Source: Octopus bimaculoides (taxonomy: Eukaryota). From it: DNA of 58,421 nt. Each line of letters begins with the position of its first letter. Within the stretch, counting starts at the first letter, position 1. This document shows positions 23,705 through 36,165 of this stretch, in pieces. The DNA is taken from NCBI RefSeq assembly GCF_001194135.2, contig NC_068993.1, forward strand, positions 22,052,562 to 22,110,982, written 5' to 3'. The translations under genes and the position numbers were made by a program. Below the pieces are notes generated by a model. That model saw only the letters and a program-made list of their open reading frames with translations. It made no database searches and was not told the origin of the DNA.

Positions 23705-26700
23705 AACTTGCCAATTTGTGCTTCCAAATTTTAAAGAAAGTAAGAAGTAATTTAGTTACTATTTCAAACTAGTGGAGTGACTACATTGAGCTTCACACTT
23801 TTCCTCGTAAATAATCAGTGTAATATATGGGTGTTTAAGGAAACTCAGCTACATGTTTCCATTGAAGAATGATACTGAAATCTCCTTTCATATGAGCAAT
23901 GAAAGTGTTTTATTCGTAACAACTCCGTTTTTATTCAGACTGACTATTCTAAGACTACACGATCCATCAGTCACAAGCATTTTAAAAGAGCAATGTGTGA
24001 TTTGAAGGAGATTTGATTTGCATTTTTAGAGACCACAGAAATTTCACGTTAGTTCGTGACTTCTATATTTGTAAGATAAGATATGCAGGGTTAATTTTAA
24101 CGTCTGTATCGAGATGTGGTTTTTGTTACAAGATTTCAGCTTACGAAGCTTTCATTGAAATCTTTATGGATAATAACCGAAACACTAGCAGAAGAGATAA
24201 ATTTGGGACGTATAATTTTTACTGTCTTGAAAATTAAAGGCTAATTGTAAAAGTGCAATCGCTCTGACTGATAGCATTTCAGGTTAAAAACGTTAATTAG
24301 GTTCAGACATGCTTTGAGAAGAGCAAATATATCACTGGTCACATATCTGAATAAAAAATTTGTTTAAAGGAGCCCGCACTGCAAGACTTTTACAAAACAG
24401 ATACCTTTCACATTGCAGGACGCCATGTTCGACTTAGTGAAGATTCTCTGCTTGCCATGAATACTAACCAAAAGCAATAATAGCTTAGCTAATCTGCATA
24501 AATATTGAGCTATGTACATGTCATTTTAGAATCGAAATATGGTGTGAAAGAGTGACATTTTAAAGATACTCGTGTAGAAGTGAGAGGGAGAAACAGAAAA
24601 ACTGGGTTTTTTTTAATAGAATCGAATATTCTGGAGGTGGAAATAAAGAGGAACCTATAGTTAATGAGTTAGTTCTATATTGATTAATGTATGGACCGCT
24701 CAGATGACGGACGCAAAACATTCTTTCAGTGGTTTGACGTCAACACCAAAATATATCATATCTCAATCCTACAATAACCTGTCTTTATGTCTATATCCTC
24801 TGTATTACAATCCTTGGTTTTCCATCATCATCTTTTTCTCCTTTTAATCAATCATTCCTCCCTTTTTCTTTACTTCTCTGAATGTTATCATTACCACAGC
24901 TATTACTCTTCCGTCTCTTTCTCTCCCTCGCTGCCTCTGTCTCCCTGCCTGTTTGTCTGTCTGTCTGTCTCTTTCTCGCTTCCTCTCTTCCTCTCTCTAT
25001 CCAAGGCATGTTTTCCACTACATTTCCTCGTCTTTCGCCATCATATATTCTTTCTGCTCTTGTATCAATTGCTCTTTCAGCATTCACACAGACTTCATAC
25101 TTGTTTGTTACTCCTACCTCATATTTTCCCACCCAATGAGGTAGCATCTCTTTTCCTCGTCACGCTATTTTCTGTGATTGCATTTTCGTTACTTGACTGC
25201 TAAAGTAGTTGGATAATTTCTCTTTGATCTCGTTTAGCTCATTACTAATTTCCTCTACGTTTTACGTCTCTGCATAACGTGTCTTAAATCTTTTATTGTC
25301 AATGGAAGACTATACGTATATGGATAAATCTCTGTTCGTTTCATTTCGTATTGTTCACGCTCTTTGCCCATCTAACAGAGAAAAATGTTCATTTTACCTT
25401 TACCTTATGTGTACTGATTTTCCTTCCATATGTCCGATTTTTTCGTGTACACACATCTATATACTGGCAGCACCATGCTTTTGACAGCACTGGATGGAAT
25501 AATGTTATCGAGAGATATTGAAATCTCGATGATGTCTAATCGACAATTGATGAAGTTAGTGAACATGCTTAAGTCAATTTGTACCATTGTCGCTATTCTT
25601 CGAATATTCTTTTCATTCATTTATCAAACTTTGAAAACACAGACGCTATGTGTGTGTGTGTGTGTTTGCGTGCGTGCGTGCGTGCGTACGTACGTGCGTG
25701 CGTGTGTGTGTGTGTATGTGTGTGTGTGTGCGTGTGTGTGTGCNNNNNNNNNNNNNNNNNNNNNNNNNNNNNNNNNNNNNNNNNNNNNNNNNNNNNNNNN
25801 NNNNNNNNNNNNNNNNGTGTATGTGTATGTGTGTGTGTGTGACTTCATAAATATCTTAATTTTCCATTTAATGGATTCTATCTCTGAAGATTAGTGCGAA
25901 TGAAATAAAAAAAATATTTTTATCAGCCATTACCAGTTTCCTTATAGATACTATTATATCACATATGCGCTCTAATCCGACTGTTTGATACAAATGACAA
26001 GCAACTCAATATATATGATTGTTTACTGAGGCTTCCAGTCTTATATTTAACTTGGCATTTTACATGCTTAGATGAAATTCAATTTTATATTCCAAATATA
26101 CTAATATTTACACAAGCATAGATGCATATGAATAGCTATATCAAATACTAGCGAATTATGGAGCAGCCCATTGTATTTGAAGGTTAGAATACAATAGCTG
26201 GAGACTATGTAGTTATTAATTCTTTAACGTACAATTTATTGTAAGCAGCCATCCACAAAAACATTGCGACAAACATTCCTTTGTCAGATTTCCTGTAAAT
26301 TAGCTTATTCACAAAATTTTATTTCAGAGAGTATTTGTACCTCCCCACTCCAATGGTTCGCTTATGAAAAACAAAAATTCTGCGAAGCATACAGTCAGCA
26401 ACCATACATTTCATTCAAAATTTCAGTTGTAGTATTTTATTCAGTAGAATCTAGATTTTTATTATCAATTTGTATTTGCTTGCTTTCTGTTGCTAGGGTT
26501 TATCATAATACTGATATGGTTACTAGCAGTCACAGGTCAAACAACCATATCGAATTTTCTCTTTGGTCATGGCTACTGTACTTTTAATCATTGGTCAACT
26601 GAATGAGGAAAGATATGAGTACTACACAGCAACAAAAACAACAGTGCTGATTGTGTTTATAATGATGAAACATGCATATCATTTTCATACATAATTACAG

Positions 26701-27207
26701 CTAAACTGATCGTTAGTGTTTTGACAACGAACAAAAGTGCAGTGTCAATGAGAAGATACTTCAGTTGATATATTATACTTGAGTATGTTACGCTATTTAC
26801 TGTTTCTGCATAACATTGTATTTTTATAAATGTATGATATGTTTTAATGGGGTTATGTACTTATAAGACCAAGAGAATAAAGAGAAAACAGATTGATAAT
26901 ACTTATTCTTTAGTGGGCTTCACAAACCAAAATGAAATGTCTGTATTTGCTCCAATATTTACCATCTCAAATCCGTGTTGCCACTTCATCAAATATGTTC
27001 TGCGACTTTGGTTAAATCAAATATTTTTGCTAAAATAATAAGTCCCTAGACAATTCTTTAAATTATTCTATAATACATATGGTAATTCAAGAATAAACGC
27101 AAATATACAGAAGTATGTATGTTTACAGAGACAGACACAGCCAAAAATATGAAAAACACACGTAAAAACTCTCTCCCTTTCTATTCATCATACATATAAC
27201 AAACAAT

Positions 27208-27254
<47 letters not shown>

Positions 27255-27480
27255 GGTAGACAGACAGACAGACAGTCTGTTATTTAGACTATCTGATACG
27301 CAGATGCATAGTATTGCTGCCACAATATTTGTGTTGTGTATATGTTAGTGCGTACATATACAATCAGTTCAATAAATAGATACATAATTATATGCAAACA
27401 CTTACTAATGATGTATCTTGGCACGGATAAGTACAAATACCTACAAAGTTCATTCGCAGACGATATGAATGAAAATATGG

Positions 27481-27577
<97 letters not shown>

Positions 27578-27986
27578 TAAACGTATATGTACGGATGTAT
27601 ATATGTATGTAAATTCACGTAGCTACGACCTTGCTAGCTGTAAACAAGAACATTGTTTTACACATTCTCATCTTTCAAAACAAAGAACACTATTTATCAT
27701 TTACTTAGTTATGCTTGTGAGTATTTTTATGTATATGCATTCGTGCAATAATATATCTATGTCTATAAGGCCTTAGGTCTGTGTATCCTTCGCTTAGACT
27801 TTTCGGAGAATGTAAACATTCCATTTAGTTCTTTTTCATTTTCATATTTTCCGTATAATTAGTCTATGTTTATTTGGAATGCGATTCATTATTATATCTC
27901 TTATTATGTATGTGTGTTTGAGCATAGTAAAACTGTTGGAGTTTATTCTATGAGAGGACTGAGGCCGGATTTCCATACCCACTTAC

Positions 27987-28082
27987 GTCTTCCATTTCAG
28001 TTGTAAATTAGTCTCAAATGGCATTACCCCTGTAAAAGTGGAACTTAATACTTCTAATGAAATGAAGTCGAGAAAGTTAATA
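27987..28082 (-). CDS. Coding exon (INFLDFISLEVLSSTFTGVMPFETNLQLKWK)
   Basis: 96 nt, ttattatttctcag acceptor, gtaagt donor, open frame, phase 2->2 bridging both neighbouring exons. Confidence 0.72.
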
Positions 28083-28319
28083 CTGAGAAATAATAATGAA
28101 ATTTAAATGTGAAACTTTATATCGACTGTAAGTAATGATGATAGACAAAGCACAAGATAACAATTTACAGTGACGCAACTGATTAAATCAGTAATTTTAC
28201 TATCGTACATTATATTTTTTGAGGTCGATGAAGAGGACAGTTGAGTACTATTATCAGTCCAGAGAAACAGCATGGTAGCATGACAAGAATTTGAACTAAC
28301 CACAATTTAAAGTGATAGT

Positions 28320-28539
28320 ATGTTGTCAACTTAATGTGACATTCCCATAAAAGAGAAAAATGCTATTGTCATTTAGCCCTAGGGAACACCGTTTCCTGTT
28401 GGACTTGACACATTTCCCGTGTCCTTATGTTTTCAAAGTGGAGATAAGCACCTCCACCCAGCAAAGCTAGAACCCAGAGACTAGTTTCAGAGTCATTGCT
28501 CATCATCAATCTGGAGTAGCATGGCTTGCTAGCTGTCGA
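28320..28539 (-). mobile_element. HHR-bearing short element, copy 1
   Basis: Homologous along its length to 34750-34975; 3' ~110 nt also matches the 36 kb and 57 kb copies. Confidence 0.8.
28474..28514 (-). ncRNA. Type I hammerhead-like motif (C3U variant)
   Basis: CCAGA-TTGATGA-TGAG(CAATGA)CTCT-GAAA-CTAG-T-C-TCTGG; stem I 5 bp, palindromic ACTAGT stem III. Confidence 0.65.
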
Positions 28540-28739
28540 TGCCTATCCACTTTTGAAAACATATATATTTCAAGTGCAATATATTCACTGATTTTTGAAA
28601 ATAGAAATAATATATGGCTTTGCTGGGTGGAGGTGCTTATCTCCACTTTGATGTGATTTTGTAGAATAAAGGTCTATCACATCAAAAGAGGCGATGAAAA
28701 TGCCTTTATTGGTATGTTTGGGGAGGTAGCTTAGGAGAT

Positions 28740-29640
28740 CCAGGTCATCCTTTACAATACTTGGTATTTATTTTAAGAGTATCTCAATGAAGTTGCTTAA
28801 TTTGTGTGTTTCACATTTTGGACCTGCCACACTTGGTCTCAGTTTGTGGTCAGTGGGGAGGTGTACAGTGATGCAGATTGAAGTGGACATTTTGCAAGCT
28901 TCGGTAATTGTTTTGCTCTTGTGAATTTCCGGAAGCCCGTAGAGGTTGCTGGGTTTGCCGTTAGGCCATTTCCATGTCGGCAAATGAGTGTATTTAATTT
29001 GGAAATTGTTGCTGATTGTTGGTAGTTGGCTATTCTTTCAGAGTTTTTGTATCGTTCCGTATCCATAATTACAACAGTACTACCCTTATCTGCTTCCTTG
29101 ATTGTGATGTCATGATTGGTTGGAACTGGTGGATGATTTCCTATTCCCTTTTACTGGTATTGAGTTTGGGTTTAGGTTGTGGTAATTCACCATAAGGGAA
29201 GTAGGATATGTAGTCACAAAATTTGTCCAGAGTTTTGTTCCTGCCTTTTGTAGGATTGTAATTGCTTTTATTGCGAACCATTGATTCGTCGTTATTATTT
29301 TCTTTATCAAAAAATTATTCTGTAAGGCGTAATTTACTGCAGAAATATGAGACACCATCATGTATTTCATTGAGGTTAGGGTACTGTGGTGTTGGAATGA
29401 ATTTTAATCCATTTGAGAGGATTTTAATTTGTTAGGTTGTCAGGTTTAGACTTGAAAGATTCAGTATTTTTGATTTTTTTCAGGGTTGGCATGTACCATC
29501 TAGTGTCGTAGACTCTGTTGTTTTGGCCTAAAAAATTATGGTTGTGATGTATGTGCCTTGTGTATCCTTATCAGACGGGTAGTCATGATGGGTATACTGG
29601 GCTTCGTATATTTCACCCCAGTGTCACTTTGATGGCATGC
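28740..29640 (-). mobile_element. Penelope-like element, N-terminal ORF and start of RT (pseudogenised)
   Basis: LSSLNLTT*QIKILSNGLKFIPTP, ITIKEADKGSTVVIMD, NLYGLPEIHKS and LRPSVAGP motifs typical of PLE ORFs. Confidence 0.9.
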
Positions 29641-29656
29641 ACTGCTCTCTCACTCA

Positions 29657-29665
29657 ATAATAATA

Positions 29666-29726
<61 letters not shown>

Positions 29727-29750
29727 TAATATTAATAATAATAATAATAA
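29657..29750. repeat. (TAA)n microsatellite
   Basis: Direct observation. Confidence 0.95.
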
Positions 29751-30029
29751 TAGTCAAGCTGAAGAGCGCGATTCGATTGTAATAAATATTTTATTGGTTG
29801 AATGATATTTCAACAGTAAGTCTGTCTTTGTCAAATCAAAATAAGAGGTGTTAAAAATTCAAAATTATAGAAATTTAAATTAAAGAATGAACGAGAGCAA
29901 CCAGCGTCCACACGCTGATGGAATGACATCATCAGTCATTAAGTTACAATTTTATAACAGGCGAAAAGAAAAAGAGGAAAGAAAAACAGAAGGAAGAAGA
30001 ATATTTAATCAAACAGTTTTGTATAAATT

Positions 30030-31080
30030 TGATGATATTCAGCTATCATTTTATTAATTCCTCCAAGGCGTGATGTTAATAACCCGTAAACATATTTCTC
30101 CTCATGCATTCTGAGAAGTGAAAGTGAAGCAGATTCAGATTATTTTCAGAGAATATACACTTTCAAATCTTTTTCAAAATTGCAGCCGTTTGAAACCAAA
30201 TGTCCAGCAAGTTCTGTCGAACTACTGTTATTATGCGTGACGTTGAATCTGTGCCCATTAAATCTAATCTTTTGTTTAATTGTTCTGTTGTAAAACCAAC
30301 ACAAATCAAGTTGGGTTTCGCGCATTCTGCCGCGTACACCAAATGGGAATATCTACCTGTCCCACCTTCTGTATAAATCATAACATTTCTGTTATGATTC
30401 TTGATGGAATTTACTTGACTCATGTTGCACAATGAGCAGGGCTTACCTCTCTTGCAGCTATTTTTTAAGTTACAACGTGCAGATACACCAATGTTCGTTT
30501 TCTTGGAGTCAGATATAGAGGTCAATAATTCTCTTATATTCTTATTCCGTCTAATGGCTACAATAGGTGACTGAGAAAATATCTGCTTGCAACGAGGTAA
30601 TTTTTTCGCACATGTTGGTGACTTTCTTGCAACACTTTTGAAAGGCCAGCGAAATTTAGGTACCAGTTAATCACTAAAGGAATTCTGCCATCTATGGTAT
30701 GGTGTTTGCTAATATTATGCGTGTAGGTTTGACTATCTTTGGTAATCTTAGCTATTTCGTTTGCTATTTCCTTTAATCGTGATTCACTTTAACGGCGATT
30801 GATATAATGGTGTACAAAAGCATTTGCATGTTTCCAATAATTCTCTGTCAGTACAAATTGGGATTTCGAATTTGACCGAATATGATGTAGATGATCAAAG
30901 CGGCGGTGGGGATAAATGTGGGATGACGTGGGCTTGCAAAATAAGACTGTCACTATTCTGACTCCAGAAAACTTAACTTTTGTGTCCAAAAATTCAGCGT
31001 TAGTTTTTGAAAAACTAGATGTAAATTTTATATTGGACTTAAAGCCATAGTTTTTGGTATAAGAGTCACATAAATGCATA
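30030..31080 (-). mobile_element. Penelope-like element, RT thumb plus GIY-YIG endonuclease (pseudogenised)
   Basis: IKFTSSFS..EFLDTKV..FCKPTSSHIY (RT C-terminus); LVYAAECAKPNLICVGFTTEQLNKR (GIY-YIG-like); EEKYVYGLLTSRLGGIN end motif. Confidence 0.88.
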
Positions 31081-31360
31081 ATTTTAACAAATACAATACA
31101 ATAGATGACAGAATTCCTTTAGTGATTAACTGGCACCGAAATTTCCCTGATCCCTCTTATCTCTTTTACTTCCTTTTTGTATTGAGTCACTAATGACATT
31201 AATTTTTCAGAGGTGTCGTCTGCATGAAACATAATATACAAGTCTATTAATAAACGTAGTACATTAAAAAAAAAAATGAGACTTCTTTGGCTGTCCGTCC
31301 ATATCGGCGTTGATTATACTTGTTCAGCAATCATCTCTGACAGGCTCGCATCTAGCCTAC

Positions 31361-31572
31361 CAGGCATTCTCTTGGTCGGCAGTATCGATGACGCCTGCTG
31401 CAAGTGAAGTTACTTGACGTAATGGAGAAGTGATGCTTATCGTGTCCTCTTTGTAGTCTTTCTTTTGTTTCTTCTCAATGGTTGGAATTACGAGCTTCAG
31501 TCGTCGTTGCCCTTCATCGCGCGCAGGGCCTTCTCCTCCCAGATATCTGAGGAGATAACGAAGTTCTTCATG
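31361..31572 (-). CDS. Coding exon (HEELRYLLRYLGGEGPARDEGQRRLKLVIPTIEKKQKKDYKEDTISITSPLRQVTSLAAGVIDTADQENA)
   Basis: 212 nt GC-enriched non-repeat island, ttag acceptor, gtaggc donor, 70 open codons, phase 0->2. Confidence 0.72.
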
Positions 31573-34500
31573 CTAACTTGAAATAATTAGGTAGCAATAC
31601 GTTTTCGGCCTTCGTGTCATACCATGTTGGGTCCTAAAAAAATACACTTTCAGTTTTATATTTCTAGGTAGAGAAAGAGTCACAGTTGGTACGAAAATGT
31701 AAATAGGTTTGCTTGATTACTACCGGTATCTACTTCAATATCAACAATGATGACTTATTGTCTTCAGAAACACATGCTGTATCGCAACAGTGGTGGATTC
31801 AGTGCATAGTGATATTTGCCCCAGATGTGTAGGCTATTCATTTCAAATCAAACCGACATTAACTTCGATTGATAACTTTCTAGATCCAGAAAGTATGAGC
31901 AAAATACTACCCCCAGATCTAGCCTTCTGCATACACGGCGTGTATGAAGTGGAAGGGTTTGGAAGCTGCCTATTCTCGTGGCTACATCAACTACAATCAT
32001 ACGTGTGTGTTTGTTTTCGTTCGCGGATTGGTTATTTTTATATACATTATATGTAAATGCACATGAATTTAGGGACAAATTCACACGCACACGTACATAC
32101 ATACACACATACATATGTGTGTGTACATATATATACACGTATGGGCAAGTATCTATATCTATGTCGATATTTATCATTTATGTATGCGTCAATTTGTATG
32201 CGCGTGTATTTTAAGAACATCGCAGAAGCGATACTCTATATACATCCGTACATCATGTACATCATACAGATATACATACACATTTTTATATTGTATCTAT
32301 GATTCAGGGAAAGATGAATACATTCTTCAAATAATTACAATACATCAAATATGGCTGATTTATCTCTGAGTCTCGTGCATTGCGCTCTAGCGATGTGCTA
32401 TCGTACAAACAAAAATGGGCATAGGCATGTTTGTGAATCTGACAGAAAACTACATTTCTTAATAATTTAAATAGATAAATGTGATAAAGATATATTAAGC
32501 AAACACACACACATACAGTATTTGTATTTCATCTTATTGAATCCTATTCTTCATAAAAGTGTGTGTGTGACTGTTTGCGTGTTTGTGTATGTATTCATGT
32601 GTCTCTGTATAGAAGAGTAAGTAATTAATCATCCAACCCAAAAATATTACGATCTACTAAGTCTCTCTTGGTCATAGTATGTTGCTAAGCTCTGTATGCC
32701 AAACTGCTTGTCTGATGCATTTGCCATATATTCCTAGGTGAGTTACAGTACAAAGTTCTAAGTGTCTTGCCTGAAGCCATTTGTCATAGAGTAGACTCCT
32801 GTCCTATGATATGATCACTCAACATCTTATCCACTCAATTATTTAATCTCTACATATAATGCCTTTTCTCTGCATTTCTGACTATAATCCCGTGTCTTAG
32901 TGTATGTACGTGTGTTCATGTATATAAGTATATTCTAAGTTATTATTTTTCACAGAGCATATCTGCAAGAACTGAAAATGCGGCGAATAAATTGCCATCT
33001 TCGACGGTTTCCAGCTATTTGAGTTCACCATACACCGTGCTCAGGAAAGAATTATATAGATTCAATGATTATTTTGTCTTCTCCTTAATGAAGACGGACG
33101 ACACTAACCAAATAATTTCATTATTTTTTTCAAGGACTGGTATTTATCTAGCGGGGAAATTAGTGTTTTAAGGAGCTCCTGAAGTCTTAATTTTAGGTTT
33201 AGATTCAGAGAAATTATTTTTATTTTCTTAATTTTTATGCCATCTCCTTCGGGAATAAGATATTAAGATGTTATATTTAATTTCCTCGAAAATTCTGTCT
33301 CTGCATACATACATACATACATACATATATACATACATACATACATTTCGTGTTACACTAAGAAGAGGTGTACTGTAACTTCGGATGTGTGTGTGTGCGT
33401 ATGTGTCTCTGTGTGTGTTTGTGAGTGTGTGTGTATTTGTGCGTGTGCGTGTGCGTATGCATATGTATATGTATGTGTGAGTGTGTACATGTGTGTGTAT
33501 ACACATGCACAAATACAAACATGCACACACATAGACACATATGTATATACAGTACTAACGAAAGTGACGTCTGGATAGAAATTTTTAGACTTTTAATTAT
33601 TATATTGCGACATACGTTTTTGTATCCCACTTGTGAGGATGTTTTTACGTTCATAGGATATTATTAAATATTATTTATAATATCTATGAATCTTGAACAT
33701 GCCTCTACTCTATGTGTATGCTTTATCATGCAATTAATATTAATAGTTTTTTTTTTACTATATTCATCCTAAGCAGTAAGGAGATCTACATATATATCCA
33801 TCCCATAGGATTACTCTGGAAGATTGGAATAAATGGTGGTAGCCGACACCAAGAAGTATAGGAGCTTTTATAAGTGCATTCAGAGGCATTGACCATATGC
33901 AAATTAAAAGGATATATATATATAAAAAGAGTGTACATGTACGTGTGTGTGTGTGTGCGCGCGCGCGCGCGCGTGTGGTCTTTAGGTAACGATCCGGAAA
34001 AGAAGTGCTCACTATCAATATAAATGTACATCATAACATTTTATTTATATTATTTTATTTATTGACCTGTCTGAAGGACCGCGTAGTACTCCAGAGATAC
34101 TGACCACATTTTAAATACCTCTTGTAGTTTCTCAGCTATGGCAATTTTGGACACAATAAAAAAAGCTACCCGTGACTCGTTGGGTCACCGGGAAATTTCG
34201 AATTTTGTTTCTTGGACATTTTTCTTTTCCGGGTTATTTCGCATGCTTTCAACAAAATTGACATCGAAATCACGCGTAAACGGCTCCTTTCTCCAGAAAA
34301 GGAAAGATTTGGCTGCTATTTCTTGCATGTCCTGCTACTACGTAACAGATATTTCAGGCTCTTTATCGCAAGTAGCTGTTACGTGGTTGCAAGGCGTGCT
34401 AGATATAGCAGCCAAATCTTTGGAGGTAAGATACGTTGAATGCACTAATAAAAAAAAAAACAGAGAAAAACTATTTCGCACCGAGCTTACGAACGGGACT

Positions 34501-34749
34501 TTTACGAGATATTTACCGTATTTTTAAAGTCATTTTCACTTTAAGATATCAGTCAAATATGCCAAAAAAAAATTTGTAATGGTATTCACTTTAAAATAAT
34601 TTTTAAAGACATTAACATATTGTCTGTTTAAGGAAAGCTAAAGCTAATATAGCAATAACATTCTTCCAATAATGTTACTGTTATATTTTTGTAGATCAGT
34701 GAATGTATTGCACTTGAAATTCTATAAGTTTTCAACAGTGGTTTAGCAG

Positions 34750-34975
34750 CGACATCTAGCAAGGCCAATCTACTCCACACTGATGAAGGTCAGTTACCCT
34801 GAACCTAGTCTCTGGATGCTGGCTTTGTTGTGTAGAGGTGCTTATTTCCCCTATTTGAAAACTTAAGGACACAGAACGCTTGTGTCTTGTAGCCAACTAG
34901 AAATGGTGTTTCGTGAGGCTAAATAACAGTAACATTCTTCCCTTTCGTGGGACTGGCACATTAAATTGGCAACAT
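34750..34975 (+). mobile_element. HHR-bearing short element, copy 2
   Basis: Colinear homology with the reverse complement of 28320-28539. Confidence 0.8.
34775..34815 (+). ncRNA. Type I hammerhead-like motif, mutated (GAAC for GAAA)
   Basis: CCACA-CTGATGA-AGG(TCAGTTAC)CCT-GAAC-CTAG-T-C-TCTGG. Confidence 0.6.
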
Positions 34976-35528
34976 GCCATCACTTTAATTCATAGTAATT
35001 TTCCATTATGCACCAGTTTGGCTAGGTAACATTGCAAGCAAGCAAGCATGATTCAAGGTGACTTTTAATGTATTATAGATCTATGGAACATAGTTTTTAT
35101 TCACGTAGGATTAGACTGACAGAAATACACCATGGAGAAACGAAAGTGAGAGACTAATTCCATGAATCAAAAATACATTCTAGATGAATAAGGAATTATA
35201 GAGGTACCTAATTTATAAATAGGACTCATCGATTTTAGTAGTCATGCTAAAAGTCACCTACGTTAGATGTGAAAACTAAGATAGCGTTTTAGAGAACCTT
35301 TATATTATATAATTATAGTTTATCAGCTTTAATGTGGATATAAATAAAATGCATAATTTCAAGTATCGGCTTTACCACTTTCTTAGTAACATTGTTTGCC
35401 ATACCTGTTTCTCTTTGTCTGTCTCTCTCTATCTCTGTTTTTAAGGCTTCTTTAAAAATTCATGCAGACTTTTTAATTATATATAATTCTCGTATAACTC
35501 ACGGTCATAAACTGTGACGAGGGCTTAC

Positions 35529-35597
35529 ATTATCTGAATCGGCTCCATTACGTGTCTGGTGCACATTCCATACCTCTGTTCTCTCCTTCATTCTGTA
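35529..35597 (-). CDS. Coding exon candidate (YRMKERTEVWNVHQTRNGADSDN)
   Basis: 69 nt, ctttag acceptor, gtaagc donor; only the phase 0->0 frame is open and it joins the 31572 exon. Confidence 0.55.
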
Positions 35598-36129
35598 CTA
35601 AAGTAATATTGTTGATAGTATCTGTGACTTTAGCAGTAGCTCATGTGAGAGCTTTAATCTGGTGATACAATGTTGTAAAACAATCAGTAGGCCGATAAGA
35701 GTGTCCGTTTAGGGTTAATGGCTTTCTAGAAATACTAAAAAGTTTCTTTTCTTTAAGTCACATAAAAAAATATTGTTGGCTAATATAAACCTTGATAAGA
35801 TAAAACGTTGGATAGCCAAAGGCGGGATGCTTGATATTTGGTCTTAGGAATCACAGTAGATACCGTATTAAACAATAACGACAGCATTTGTTAATAACAT
35901 AGTATTCTGCAGATTATATACGGGGCTGTTCTTATATCTGGGTGACTGAGAATGTAATTTTCTATTCAGAACGCAATACCGGCGCCGAAGTACAAAACTT
36001 TTGACTATCTTTCGTACCTGCTGATAATTCAGCATGATATGAGGCACAATGTGTATGTTTATATATATATATATGAGTATGTGTGTGTATGTGTGTGTGT
36101 GTGTGTGTGCGTACGTAGGCATCTCTGTA

Positions 36130-36158
<29 letters not shown>

Positions 36159-36165
<7 letters not shown>

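Noticed and set aside
25405-25640. Overlapping open frames on both strands
   Set aside because: No usable splice sites or motifs; runs into a microsatellite
29881-29960. CTGATGA on the minus strand near the PLE 3' region
   Set aside because: No GAAA and no stem I/III arrangement, so not called a hammerhead
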